From positions 83,662 to 147,661 of the forward strand of contig JACKFQ010000002.1 in assembly GCA_020632395.1 (NCBI GenBank): a stretch of 64,000 nucleotides of DNA, written 5' to 3'. The stretch comes from Candidatus Nomurabacteria bacterium. GTDB lineage: Bacteria; Patescibacteriota; Dojkabacteria; SC72; JAHDCA01. A program made the translations under genes and the position numbers. The stretch's first letter is position 1. Every line of letters begins with the position of its first letter. The notes under the pieces were generated by a model. That model made no database searches and was not told the origin of the DNA. It saw only the letters and a program-made list of their open reading frames with translations. This document shows, in pieces, positions 46,819-56,747 of the stretch.

Positions 46819-47849
46819 ATTATCAGCATTGAATCTCCATAACTTAGGAACTTATACCTCTCCCGGACAGCCTCCTCATAAGCCTTCATCATCAGTTCAT
46901 AACCCATAAAACTAGACACTAGTGCTAATAGGCTGGTTTTTGGTGCATGAAAATTTGTTACAAGAACATCTACTATCTTCCATACATAACCTGGATAGAT
47001 ATATATATCTGTTTCTCCTGTATACGGCTCTATCTTTCGGGTCACCGGATCCGTGGCACTTTCGACAACCCTCGTTACCGTAGTTCCAAAAGCCCACAAC
47101 CGTCCACCTCGCGTCTTTAGATCATTGATAGTGTCACATGTAGTTGGCTCTATTCGTATCTTTTCTGTATGGATATGATGTTCCTCGATATTGTCACTCC
47201 TAATTGGTGCAAATGTTCCCCATCCGACATCTAACTGGACTTTTTCTACATAAGCACCCTTCTTCTTAACCTTTTTTAAGATATCGTCTGTAAGGTTCAA
47301 ACTTGCAGTAGGAGCTGCCGCCGAATGTCCTCTCTCTGAAAAAACCGTGTTGTACCGCTCTAGATCTGTAGCGACATCATCTCGTTTGATATATGGTGGT
47401 AGCGGAACATGACCATACTTATCAAAAAGATCTTCGGGAGAACCAATTTCGATCTGTGCGATCCAGATAGGTTGTTCGGGGATCTGCTCTTTCAAGACGA
47501 GTAGGTTTTTCGTGGGATCATTTACATATAGCCTCATACCTTTATGGGCATTTCGACCTCCGATCAGCAGTTCCCACTCATTCTTACCCAACTGTTTATT
47601 AAAAAGAACCTCAAAAGTTCGATCGTTGGCTTGATCTTTCATATATACCCGAGCTTTAGGTACATGAGTTCGATTTAGTACGATCATATCGTTCTTTTGG
47701 ATGTATTTTGGAATATCTGCATAACTCCCATGTTCGATCGATCCTGTAGTTCGATCCACTATCAAAAGACGAGATGAGCCCCTCTTCGCAGGGGGATCGT
47801 AGACAATCAGTTCAGCAGGTAGGTTGTAATTTAATTTCTCTGTTCGCAT
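46815..47849 (-). CDS. queA: S-adenosylmethionine:tRNA ribosyltransferase-isomerase
   Basis: N-terminal LNYNLPAELIVYDP, conserved in QueA. Size is 344 aa. Confidence 0.85.
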   Translation of the reverse strand: MRTEKLNYNLPAELIVYDPPAKRGSSRLLIVDRTTGSIEHGSYADIPKYIQKNDMIVLNRTHVPKARVYMKDQANDRTFEVLFNKQLGKNEWELLIGGRNAHKGMRLYVNDPTKNLLVLKEQIPEQPIWIAQIEIGSPEDLFDKYGHVPLPPYIKRDDVATDLERYNTVFSERGHSAAAPTASLNLTDDILKKVKKKGAYVEKVQLDVGWGTFAPIRSDNIEEHHIHTEKIRIEPTTCDTINDLKTRGGRLWAFGTTVTRVVESATDPVTRKIEPYTGETDIYIYPGYVWKIVDVLVTNFHAPKTSLLALVSSFMGYELMMKAYEEAVRERYKFLSYGDSMLII

Positions 47850-47890
47850 CTGGATGATTTTAGCAAAAATAGCGTATAATCAGTATCATT

Positions 47891-48823
47891 ATGATAAGAA
47901 CATTATTTCTAGGGTCAAATTGGGAGGCTCTCGCCACTTTCAGAACCTTGATCGATGACGATAGGTTTGAGATCGTTGGTTTGATAACACAACCTGACAA
48001 GCCAATCGGTAGGAAAAAGATCATCGAACCGACTGAGATCAAAAAATTCGCTCAAGCGAATCATATCAAGGTTTTTCATACTGAAAATGAGAAGAAGAAC
48101 TATCTCCAAGCATTGGATATATTCAAACCAGACCTTGTTGTTTGCAAATCTTTTGGAGAGCTAATACCTGAAGAATTCATAAATTACCCTAAATATTCCA
48201 CAATAAACGTACACTACTCACTACTTCCAAAATTTCGCGGAGCTGTGCCAATCCAAAAAGCGATCTTAGAGGGGGAACAGGTTACAGGTATAACTTATGT
48301 TGAAATGGTCAAAGAACTTGATGCAGGGGGAATTCTAAAACAATTCAAAGAACCTATCAAAAGTGACGACACAAATCAATCATTACGAGAGCGCTTAGTT
48401 AAGATTACAACTGAAACTATCGGTGATATTTTAGAAAGTTGGGTAAATGGTGAGATCATTACAACACCACAAAATGACGCTGAGGCCACTTACTGTTGGC
48501 AGAAAGATATTTCAAAAGATAATGCGTTTGTTGATCTGACAAAAGATGATCCGATCCTAGCTGAGAGGATGATTAGAGCTCTTGTACCATGGCCGGTAGC
48601 ATGGACAGATCATAATGGTAGTAGGCTAAAGATCTTCAAAGCTCATATTTTAGAAATTAAGCTTGATATTTCTCCTGGAGAATTCAAACTTTATGAAGGG
48701 TCTCTAATTGTTGGGAGTACGGTTCAAGACAAGGTACTACGACTTGAAGAGGTACAGCCAGAAGGGAAGAAAGTCATGAAAGGCGATGAATATGCTAGGG
48801 GGCAACATATTTTGCGTGTTTGA
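47891..48823 (+). CDS. fmt: Methionyl-tRNA formyltransferase
   Basis: Formyltransferase N-terminal domain (SLLPKFRGAVPIQ) plus the C-terminal Fmt domain. Confidence 0.85.
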   Translation: MIRTLFLGSNWEALATFRTLIDDDRFEIVGLITQPDKPIGRKKIIEPTEIKKFAQANHIKVFHTENEKKNYLQALDIFKPDLVVCKSFGELIPEEFINYPKYSTINVHYSLLPKFRGAVPIQKAILEGEQVTGITYVEMVKELDAGGILKQFKEPIKSDDTNQSLRERLVKITTETIGDILESWVNGEIITTPQNDAEATYCWQKDISKDNAFVDLTKDDPILAERMIRALVPWPVAWTDHNGSRLKIFKAHILEIKLDISPGEFKLYEGSLIVGSTVQDKVLRLEEVQPEGKKVMKGDEYARGQHILRV

Positions 48824-48837
48824 ACTTTTTTGAGTAG

Positions 48838-49315
48838 TGCAAGTATCCCATAAGCCGGATCCTGTTTATGTGGTCATCTATCTAAGCGGTTCTGACCTTG
48901 CTTCAGGTGGGGGTTACCACGCACTTGCTTATTGCTAAGCGAGCCGGTGGTCTCTTACACCACCATTTCACCCTTACCCCCGCTAACTTATAGTGTCGAG
49001 TGTATCCAATGCTTGTAGTTCGATTTACATTACGCTCTTCTCCCTGACTTGAGACCCTATTTCTCAGTTCGTTCCGGGTCAGCTTTTGGGAGTTTCTGCG
49101 ACAAACTATGCGTTTCTATTTGCGATCTAAAGTGCGATTTTACCTGCAATTCGGCTCTATAGGTTAGCGGGGGCGGTATAACTTTCTGTTGCCCTTTTCT
49201 CCGAAAGATCACTCCCTCCCAGCTCACACTGGCACCTACCCTTTAACGATGGGCCATCATGAAGTCCGGACTTTCCTCTAGGTTTGACCCTAGCGACCAC
49301 TTGAGATACTTGCCC
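48838..49315 (-). ncRNA. rnpB: RNase P RNA, bacterial type A
   Basis: Minus-strand sequence contains AGGAAAGUCCGGAC (P4 5' strand), GGUGCCAG, GCAACAGAAAG ... ACCGCC, GGUAAGGGUGAAAUGGUGGUGUAAGAGACCACC, ACAGGAUCCGGCUUAU (P4 3' strand), and a P1 pairing GCAAGUAUC/GAUACUUGC. P12 appears expanded. Confidence 0.8.
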
Positions 49316-49372
49316 TTGATTATATCATTGTCGAGAGATTTTATGCGATAGAGCAACTTTCAGACAGGAGGT

Positions 49373-49408
49373 GCGGATCTAAAGGCGGATCTAAAGGCGG
49401 ATCTAACG
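49373..49408. repeat. Tandem repeat, 3 copies of the 12-bp unit GCGGATCTAAAG
   Basis: Copies are directly visible; the last copy has one substitution. Located about 60 bp upstream of the rnpB 5' end. Confidence 0.6.
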
Positions 49409-49643
49409 GTCGAGGACATTGAAACCGCGTACTGATAACAATATTAAACCCAAACTCTGATCATTATTTCAGATCGGGATAGCTCGAGTTGTACGATCTG
49501 TGTTTTTAAACAGGCTGTTTATGGATCAAACTAAGAGATCTATTACTGTTATCAGTACAAGATCACCACGCATCTCATCAAGTATTTGATAATTAACATC
49601 ATATTCAGGAGTAATTAATACTTCCTAGATATGATCTTGGACA

Positions 49644-51020
49644 ATGTATCATGAGATCCGAAGCATAATTCGTCATAGAGGAGAACTAACTGATGTAGCT
49701 ATTCAGTGTGGGATCTCTAGGGGGATCCCGATGATCAAGATGTACGGCTCAATTAGTCGAGAATACTCAAGATATCGGGAATTACTGCCCTATACCTTCG
49801 CACAGGTCGGAAGGAAGCTACCCCAGCGGAAGATCCATATCAATTATTCATCTGATAGCAGTGGTATACAGACCCGAGATCTTGATCTACCAACAGCACT
49901 ATCTATTTATTCAGCAATAAATGCATATGAACAGAGAGACCTGTATGCTATAGGTGAACTCTCCATGGACGGGAAGATCTCGCCTTCAGATGAAACAGGT
50001 GCATTACTTTACATTCTGGATAGCCGATCGGACTTGCGAAAAGCCTCAGTCTATGGAGCTAACCTGATCATCTCAGCAGAAACCTTATTTCCGAATGTAG
50101 AATATATTCAGACCCCAACTTTACTCCACTGTATACGGAATTTAGAAGGAGATATTGATGAATCGAACCAGCGCGGTCAGACAGTTCTGAAAAATTCGCC
50201 TAATTCGGCAATTGTGGAAAGTTCGGATCTGCCACACTTTCTGGCAATCGCATTGGGATTGAATTGTGTTGTGATCGATGAAGATAATTATGCAACCCTA
50301 CCATCAGCGACAGCGAGATCAGCTCATCAGAACGAGGGCGTGTACTCACTTGAGCTAAAAAGGCTCACCAAGGCTATCGGACGCTACCTAGAGCCGATAT
50401 GTTACGACGGAGCTATGATCAATGGTATTACTGGTATTACCCATTTACAGAACCTTCTAGAGCTTTCTAAGAGAACTGGTTCTGGCTGTGCACTATATCT
50501 CAATCTGACATTAACTGATATCAAAGATCAAAAGATACAAGAGCAAGTGATCAAGTTACTTTCTATCCGAACAGGTGTGATCGTGAGTATCCCAAGATGT
50601 CCGTGTGGATGTAGCAAGAGTTGCTCCTGTTCGACAACCGACAGATTAAAACACAAAACTTTCGTTAAAGGTCTTTATGAATCCGTGAGAATAGTTCTCA
50701 GGAATTCTGACATAGGGAGGATCACTCCTCCAAGTTGTTGGTTTGAGGGGGGTAAGAAGAGATTAATGTGGAAAAGTGGGGCCGAAGCACTTTATAGCAA
50801 CACAGAAAACTCAAATCTAAACATAATCAGTAGTGAAGGAGTAAAGAAAACAGCAAATCACAAGAATATACCTCCAGAATTGATCCTAGATACAACAGAT
50901 CACAAAGGACAAAGTACGTTTCTCAAGTACTTCTCTAAAGCAGATTATCTAGATGAGGAAATGAAAGCGACACTCAGAAGAGTGTCGCGAACAAGTCTAG
51001 AAAACATTGAGCTCTTTTAA
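49644..51020 (+). CDS. ComM/YifB (Mg-chelatase-like) family protein with a degenerate, P-loop-less AAA+ core
   Basis: N-terminal Lon-like domain aligns with YifB (ISRGIPMIKMYG ... RKIHINYS ... DLDLPTALSIY ... GELSMDGKI). The NPCPCG-like motif IPRCPCGCSKSC is present. No GPPGTGKT Walker A motif is identifiable. Confidence 0.55.
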   Translation: MYHEIRSIIRHRGELTDVAIQCGISRGIPMIKMYGSISREYSRYRELLPYTFAQVGRKLPQRKIHINYSSDSSGIQTRDLDLPTALSIYSAINAYEQRDLYAIGELSMDGKISPSDETGALLYILDSRSDLRKASVYGANLIISAETLFPNVEYIQTPTLLHCIRNLEGDIDESNQRGQTVLKNSPNSAIVESSDLPHFLAIALGLNCVVIDEDNYATLPSATARSAHQNEGVYSLELKRLTKAIGRYLEPICYDGAMINGITGITHLQNLLELSKRTGSGCALYLNLTLTDIKDQKIQEQVIKLLSIRTGVIVSIPRCPCGCSKSCSCSTTDRLKHKTFVKGLYESVRIVLRNSDIGRITPPSCWFEGGKKRLMWKSGAEALYSNTENSNLNIISSEGVKKTANHKNIPPELILDTTDHKGQSTFLKYFSKADYLDEEMKATLRRVSRTSLENIELF

Positions 51021-51415
51021 CGTTTGGAGAATTGTGGTTTCTTTCGAGCTTTTCTTCGGTTATATTTCTTTCTCTCAACCATCCTTGGGTCTCGTGTCAC
51101 TAATCCTTTCTTTCGAAGATCAGGTTTGAGAGTCTCATCCATTTCGATCAGCGCTCTTGCGATACCCAATCTTACTGCTTCTCTCTGACCTGTAATACCA
51201 CCACCTACAACATGAGCTGTAAAATACATCTCTTTTTCCTTACCTGAGATGGCTAAAGGAGAGATAACATCTGCATATTCTCCTCGTGCATCAAAGTACT
51301 CTTCCGCGGGGACATCATTTACAACAGAAGCTTTACTTCCTGTGTATATCCTAACCCTCGCTGTGGAGGTTTTTCTTCTTCCGATTCCTTCAAAATATCT
51401 CTCAGCCACGTTCAT
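51017..51415 (-). CDS. rpsI: 30S ribosomal protein S9
   Basis: GRRKTSTARV and a C-terminal KR-rich tail. Confidence 0.9.
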   Translation of the reverse strand: MNVAERYFEGIGRRKTSTARVRIYTGSKASVVNDVPAEEYFDARGEYADVISPLAISGKEKEMYFTAHVVGGGITGQREAVRLGIARALIEMDETLKPDLRKKGLVTRDPRMVERKKYNRRKARKKPQFSKR

Positions 51416-51418
51416 TCA

Positions 51419-51856
51419 TTATGATAACTTATATTCTACTGGCTTCTGTGCTGAATGCTTATGATCACTGGTAGGGTACACAAACAATCTCGTCATCATT
51501 CCTGAGCGAAGTTTATTGTTTGGTAGCATGTTCTTTACTGCATTCTCGATCACAAATTCACTTTTCTTCTGTATCTGCTTATCAAAAGTAATAGTCTTTG
51601 CTCCTCCTGGATACCCACTATGTCTAAAGTATGTTTTCTGAGTAGCCTTATTACCAGTCACCTTAACCTTATCACTATTGATCACGATCACATAGTCACC
51701 ACAGTCCAGATTAGGTACTTTGTTGACTTTGCCTTTACCGATAAGTAAAGAAGCGATCACTGTTGATACTCTTCCTAAAACCTGGTCGGAAGCATCGACT
51801 AAATGCCATTTTCTTTCAATATCTGTCGGTTTTACCCAGGTTGTGTTTTGTTTCAT
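51419..51856 (-). CDS. rplM: 50S ribosomal protein L13
   Basis: WHLVDASDQVLGRVST N-terminus. Confidence 0.9.
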   Translation of the reverse strand: MKQNTTWVKPTDIERKWHLVDASDQVLGRVSTVIASLLIGKGKVNKVPNLDCGDYVIVINSDKVKVTGNKATQKTYFRHSGYPGGAKTITFDKQIQKKSEFVIENAVKNMLPNNKLRSGMMTRLFVYPTSDHKHSAQKPVEYKLS

Positions 51857-51880
51857 CTAATTAATAGTAATATATTACAA

Positions 51881-52444
51881 TTATATTCCGGATCGGCTTC
51901 TTGCTCGCTCTTTTCCAACAAATCTGTTCTTTAGATTCTTTGCTAGACTTTTCGCTTTATCACTCTCTCTTTCCTCTTTTGCTTCTCGTAATTCAACAGC
52001 ATCCTCATCTTGGACTGGAGGTTTTTTATCCTTCGTATCCTGTTTCAAAGGTGTCTTTTGAACAACACTCTTCTGAGTCTTTATATCCTTCTTGACCTTT
52101 GAAGAGAATCCTTGAAGGGATACCCTCGATACCTCAGCATTGTCTCCATCTCTAAATCCAACCTTAACGATCTTGACCTTTGGAGATGACTTGAGATATT
52201 CGACCATCTTGTTTGCTGAGCTATCATCACCTAATAGGGTCAAAAGTTCATATTTCCTTACCTTCTCTGCCTTTGAGTTCAGATCGTTCAAGTACGACTC
52301 TACATTAGCTTTTAAAACTTTTGCTTTTGGAGTAGTTGTCGTCACCTTACCATAGGTTAAGATAGATCTTACCTGATTCTTGATCAAAGATCTTCGATGC
52401 GACACCTTCCTACCTAATTTTCTTCTTCCTGCTAGCTTATACAT
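51881..52444 (-). CDS. rplQ: 50S ribosomal protein L17, with a C-terminal extension
   Basis: GRRKLGRKVSHRRSL core, plus about 70 extra basic/acidic residues. Confidence 0.85.
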   Translation of the reverse strand: MYKLAGRRKLGRKVSHRRSLIKNQVRSILTYGKVTTTTPKAKVLKANVESYLNDLNSKAEKVRKYELLTLLGDDSSANKMVEYLKSSPKVKIVKVGFRDGDNAEVSRVSLQGFSSKVKKDIKTQKSVVQKTPLKQDTKDKKPPVQDEDAVELREAKEERESDKAKSLAKNLKNRFVGKERARSRSGI

Positions 52445-52449
52445 CTGTA

Positions 52450-53421
52450 TTACTCTGATTTAATTTCAATATTATACTGACCTAGTAGATCCAAAACTTC
52501 ACTAAGAGATTTGTTACCGAAACCTGGTAGATTTAATAGGTCTGTAGTAGTTGCATTTGATACATCTGCGATAGTTTCAAAACCCCCGGCTAGAAGTCCT
52601 GACTTTGATCTCTTTGATATTGGAAGATCTTCAACCCTCCAAGAGAGAACTTCTTCATTCACCGAATCTCCGCTACCTTCTGCAACAACTTCCTGTACCT
52701 CTCGAGCCTGTTCGGCTAACTCCTCAACTTCTCTTACAGGAACACCTAGTGCAGCCATAACCTTACCTGCAAAATCTTGTAGGATCTTTGCAGAACTTAG
52801 TAGTGCATCTTGTGGTGTGACACTTCCATCAGTTGTGACAGTAATGTGGACAGCATCAAGATCGGTAGCTTGACCCTTACGAGCATTGACTACTTCAAAA
52901 CTTACTTTCTTGACCGGAGAAAAATCAGCATCGACAGGGATCATACCCATTTCGGTTCTATGATCCTCATCAGCAGGTCTATATCCGATACCTTTTTCGA
53001 TGGTCAATTCTAGTTTTAGTGCAGATGTCTTACTAGTTAGAGTTGCTATGTGCATATCTGGATTTGTTACCTCAACAGGACCAGAGATCTGTACATCAGC
53101 ACCAGTAACCTCCCTTTGACCTGTAACATCGATCATACAAACCTGAGGGTCATCGGACTCTAACCTAAAACGCAATCCCTTTAGATTCAAAAGAACTTCA
53201 ACAACATCTTCCTTCATACCTTCGATTGTTGTGTATTCGTGATCTACACCATGAACCTTAACAGCTGTTATTGCAGCTCCTGAGAGGCTAGAAAGTAGGA
53301 TCCTTCTTAGCGAGTTGGCCAATGTATGACCATACCCCCTAGGAAGTGGAGTGATCTCATATTCACCAACTACACCTTCTTCTCTGATTGCTTTAACTTT
53401 TAGATCTTTGAAATCTATCAT
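52450..53421 (-). CDS. rpoA: DNA-directed RNA polymerase alpha subunit
   Basis: NTD and CTD motifs present. The start is placed at the internal Met MIDFKDLK because the longer ORF, which runs to 53514, would overlap rpsD. Confidence 0.85.
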   Translation of the reverse strand: MIDFKDLKVKAIREEGVVGEYEITPLPRGYGHTLANSLRRILLSSLSGAAITAVKVHGVDHEYTTIEGMKEDVVEVLLNLKGLRFRLESDDPQVCMIDVTGQREVTGADVQISGPVEVTNPDMHIATLTSKTSALKLELTIEKGIGYRPADEDHRTEMGMIPVDADFSPVKKVSFEVVNARKGQATDLDAVHITVTTDGSVTPQDALLSSAKILQDFAGKVMAALGVPVREVEELAEQAREVQEVVAEGSGDSVNEEVLSWRVEDLPISKRSKSGLLAGGFETIADVSNATTTDLLNLPGFGNKSLSEVLDLLGQYNIEIKSE

Positions 53422-53440
53422 TCTTATATAATTCTTAAGC

Positions 53441-54052
53441 TTATCTAGAATAGAACTCAATAATAAGGTTCTCCTTGATCCCTGGATCAATATCCTCTCG
53501 GGATGGAAGCCCAATTACTTTACCTCTCTGTGTTTGAGACTCTAACCAAGGAGGAGTTGTTATCAACTTCTCACTAGGAACAAGCGTAGGTTTACTGACC
53601 TCTACCTCATCACCTATCTTTACATTGTGAGAAGGGATGTTTAAGGTCGCACCATTCACTCTTACATGCTTGTGAGTCACAAATTGTCTCGCTGCAGACC
53701 TTGATGGTGCCAATCCTAATAGGTAGATGACATTATCAAGTCGTGTTTCTAGTAAGGAAAGTAGCTCTAATCCTTTATCTGAATTATTTACCTTAGATCG
53801 TCTATCTGCTTCCTTATACATATTTTTGAATTGCCTTTCTCGTACACCATACATTCTTTTTACTTTCTGCTTCTCTCGAAGTTGTAGTCCGTAGTTAGAT
53901 AACCGCACTCTTCGTTTATTTCCATGTTGTCCAGGTGGATAAGGCTTCCTAGCGACAGCGTTCTTATCCGAATAGGATCTTGAACCCTTTAGAAATAGAT
54001 TAACGCCTTCTCTTCTACTTAGTTTGCCTTTTGGTCCTGTATATCGTCCCAT
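53441..54052 (-). CDS. rpsD: 30S ribosomal protein S4
   Basis: MGRYTGPKGKLSRREG start. Confidence 0.9.
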   Translation of the reverse strand: MGRYTGPKGKLSRREGVNLFLKGSRSYSDKNAVARKPYPPGQHGNKRRVRLSNYGLQLREKQKVKRMYGVRERQFKNMYKEADRRSKVNNSDKGLELLSLLETRLDNVIYLLGLAPSRSAARQFVTHKHVRVNGATLNIPSHNVKIGDEVEVSKPTLVPSEKLITTPPWLESQTQRGKVIGLPSREDIDPGIKENLIIEFYSR

Positions 54053-54075
54053 TTATCAATATTTTGAAATAATTA

Positions 54076-54456
54076 TTATTTTCTAGGTTGCTTTCTTGGT
54101 CTACAGCCGTTGTGAGGGATAGGGGTTCTGTCAGTGAGCATCGTCACTTTCAAACCTGCAGAATCTAAACCTTTCACCGCTGCATTCCTGCCAGTACCTG
54201 CTCCGGCAATATATACCTTCACTTCTTTTAACCCATATTTCTTCATAGCTGCCAAAGCTGCTTCTTTAGCTGCTTTTGTAGCTGCAAAGGCTGTACTTCG
54301 CTTCGAACCAGAGAATCCGACTGCTCGTGGACTACCCTGAACCAAAGTTGCACCTTCTTGATCTGTTATCGTGATGATCGTGTTATTGAATGTAGCCTGA
54401 ATATAAGCATTCCCAGACTGTACATTTCTTTTCTTTGATTTGGTCTTCTCAGCCAT
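54076..54456 (-). CDS. rpsK: 30S ribosomal protein S11
   Basis: Conserved core (ATFNNTIITITD ... GSKRSTAFAA). Confidence 0.9.
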   Translation of the reverse strand: MAEKTKSKKRNVQSGNAYIQATFNNTIITITDQEGATLVQGSPRAVGFSGSKRSTAFAATKAAKEAALAAMKKYGLKEVKVYIAGAGTGRNAAVKGLDSAGLKVTMLTDRTPIPHNGCRPRKQPRK

Positions 54457-54483
54457 CTAATTATCCTACTAAATTACAATTAA

Positions 54484-54867
54484 TTAGGTCTTGGTTATCT
54501 TCCGCTTCAACCCACCGACCGCTTGTGATTTACCCTTCCTTGTCCTTGCATTCACTCGTGTTCTTTGACCCCGAACAGGCAAACCCAGCTTGTGTCTTAC
54601 ACCTCTGTACGATCGGATATCCTTCAATCTCTTAATATTTCTAAAAACCTTCTGTCTCAACTCACCCTCAACCTCATAATTATCTTCAATATATTTTCGT
54701 AATTCGTTAAGCTCTTTTTCAGAAAGATCTGACATAATCTTATCAGGATCGATCCCAAGATCAGAAAGGATCTGAGTAGCTATAGAATCTCCAATCCCAT
54801 GGACATAAGTTATGGATATACTAACTTTCTTATTTTCAGGGATCTCTATGTTGGCGACTCTAGCCAT
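54484..54867 (-). CDS. rpsM: 30S ribosomal protein S13
   Basis: MARVANIEIP start. Confidence 0.9.
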   Translation of the reverse strand: MARVANIEIPENKKVSISITYVHGIGDSIATQILSDLGIDPDKIMSDLSEKELNELRKYIEDNYEVEGELRQKVFRNIKRLKDIRSYRGVRHKLGLPVRGQRTRVNARTRKGKSQAVGGLKRKITKT

Positions 54868-54885
54868 TGATCTTTAATAATAATA

Positions 54886-55002
54886 TTATCCTTGCCTTTG
54901 CTTATGCTTTGGCTCTCTTTTGCAGTAAACATACACTCGACCTTTACGTCGAACTATATAACAGTGCCTGCACCTGGTTTTTACAGACGATTTTACTTTC
55001 AT
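54886..55002 (-). CDS. rpmJ: 50S ribosomal protein L36 (38 aa; absent from the ORF track)
   Basis: Manual translation gives [38 protein letters not shown], with the Zn ribbon C-x2-C ... C-x4-H. Confidence 0.85.
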   Translation of the reverse strand: MKVKSSVKTRCRHCYIVRRKGRVYVYCKREPKHKQRQG

Positions 55003-55009
55003 TATCCTA

Positions 55010-55252
55010 CTATTTATATCTATAAACGATACGTCCCTGATTTGGGTCGTAAGGAGTCATCTCGACCTTGACCTTATCACCTTCAAGAATTCGGATGTAG
55101 TACATCCGCATCTTTCCGGAAAGGTAGCCAGTGACTACATGCTTCCTACCATTTACCTCTATCTCTACTAAGAATTTAGTATCAGGCAGGCATTCCTTCA
55201 CTACGCCGTCGATCTCTACTACTTGTTTACTTGCCTGGGACATTATGTCCAA
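55010..55252 (-). CDS. infA: Translation initiation factor IF-1
   Basis: S1-like OB fold ending in the GRIVYRYK tail. Confidence 0.9.
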   Translation of the reverse strand: MDIMSQASKQVVEIDGVVKECLPDTKFLVEIEVNGRKHVVTGYLSGKMRMYYIRILEGDKVKVEMTPYDPNQGRIVYRYK

Positions 55253-55321
55253 TTTATACTAAAATCTTAAGCTTTCCTTAAAAATCCATCGGATTATAAC
55301 AAAGGATCTATACATATGCAA

Positions 55322-56065
55322 TTACCATGATGTCAGAATTTTTGGCTTCTGATCAACAACAATTGTATGCTCGAAAAGTGCTGAGAGCATACCATCTTCC
55401 GTATAGCTTGTCCAGCCATCATCTATAGAAATAAAGATGTCTGGTAGACCCTGATTTACGATAGCCTCTATAGCTAAGGTTTGGCCTCGGTATAACTCCT
55501 GTCCTTTACCTTTTCGCCCATAGCCAGGCACATATGGTTCCTCGTGTAGATCGTACCCTATTCCATGTCCAACCATTTCTTTTACAACTGAATATCCATT
55601 CTTCTCAACAATTTCCTGCATAGCATGACCGATATCACCGACATGATTTCCCGGCTTTGCATTAGCTATCCCTGCCAAGGTAGCATCTTTGACAACATTA
55701 ACGAATTTCTTTATCTCATCTGAAACTTCACCGATAATTACGGTATACGATGTGTCACTGTAGACATCCTTATACTTGATACCAAAATCTACACTGAGAA
55801 CATCCCCATCCTCAAGGACATAATCATCAGGTATTCCGTGAACCACTACATCATTAACACCAGTACATAACGTAGCAGGGAAACCTTCATATCCTTTGAA
55901 TGCTGGGATCACTTTATTATCAATACATAACTGCTCTGCATACTGATCTAGTTCGATCAAAGATACTCCTACGGAAACTTTGGAAAGTACATTTCTGAGG
56001 ATCTCAGAACAGATCACTCCTGCTTCCTCCATCTTCACGATCTTTTCTGGGTCATACTTACGCAT
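55322..56065 (-). CDS. map: Type I methionine aminopeptidase
   Basis: Metal-binding D/D/H/E/E pita-bread motifs. Confidence 0.9.
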   Translation of the reverse strand: MRKYDPEKIVKMEEAGVICSEILRNVLSKVSVGVSLIELDQYAEQLCIDNKVIPAFKGYEGFPATLCTGVNDVVVHGIPDDYVLEDGDVLSVDFGIKYKDVYSDTSYTVIIGEVSDEIKKFVNVVKDATLAGIANAKPGNHVGDIGHAMQEIVEKNGYSVVKEMVGHGIGYDLHEEPYVPGYGRKGKGQELYRGQTLAIEAIVNQGLPDIFISIDDGWTSYTEDGMLSALFEHTIVVDQKPKILTSW

Positions 56066-56747
56066 ATTTTTGCAACTCCTTCAGTAAATTTTCATGAATT
56101 ACCTCAATCGAAGGTGTTGCGTCGATCTCAAGCAGGATACCTCTGCTACGATAGGTATCTAATATTGGTTTTAGATCGTCATTATACCATTCCAAGCGTT
56201 TTGCTATAGCATCAGGATTGTCATCCTCTCGTTTGACAAGAGGTGTTCCATCATTATCACAAAAACCTTCTTTTTTCTCTTTTTTGTATAGTGAATGGTA
56301 TGTAGTACCACATTTTTCACAGTAGGTTCGCAGAGACATCCTCTCGATAGCTGCTGATTCTGTAAGTTTGAAATGTACAAAAAGATCTAAGGTTCGGTCG
56401 AACTTCTGAACAAGTTTATCAAAAAGATCGATCTGTGTTTCTTTTCGGACAGGTGATACAAAGAACCATGGTTTTTTGGGGTCAAGCCTAGGTAACCACT
56501 CCTCAAAGATCAAATATACATCTTCATCAGAAGCTAGCTTGCCAACCCTGGTATTCTCATAGGCGCTAAGTGCTCTGGGATGACCTTCTTTTTTTAATAT
56601 CTCCATTAAGCTACTAAACCCTATCCTTTCATAATCGATCGTTCTTTCAAGGAGATCCAATTGCGTATCTTTCCCTGAACCTGATGGCCCATGAAAAATT
56701 GCAGTTCTGAGTGTTTTTTTAGAGGTATCTATCATAACTTCGTACAA
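56058..56747 (-). CDS. adk: Adenylate kinase (canonical operon copy)
   Basis: GPSGSGKDTQ P-loop, LID with CEKCG. Confidence 0.9.
   Translation of the reverse strand: MYEVMIDTSKKTLRTAIFHGPSGSGKDTQLDLLERTIDYERIGFSSLMEILKKEGHPRALSAYENTRVGKLASDEDVYLIFEEWLPRLDPKKPWFFVSPVRKETQIDLFDKLVQKFDRTLDLFVHFKLTESAAIERMSLRTYCEKCGTTYHSLYKKEKKEGFCDNDGTPLVKREDDNPDAIAKRLEWYNDDLKPILDTYRSRGILLEIDATPSIEVIHENLLKELQKYA

Noticed and set aside
49373-49408. CRISPR array
   Set aside because: Only three directly abutting 12-bp units with no spacers. No CRISPR-like repeat-spacer structure and no cas genes anywhere in the window.
53422-53514. Longer rpoA start (ORF track 52450-53514)
   Set aside because: The extension would overlap the rpsD 3' end by 74 nt. 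The internal Met at MIDFKDLK gives a canonical alpha-subunit N-terminus and a 19-nt intergenic gap.
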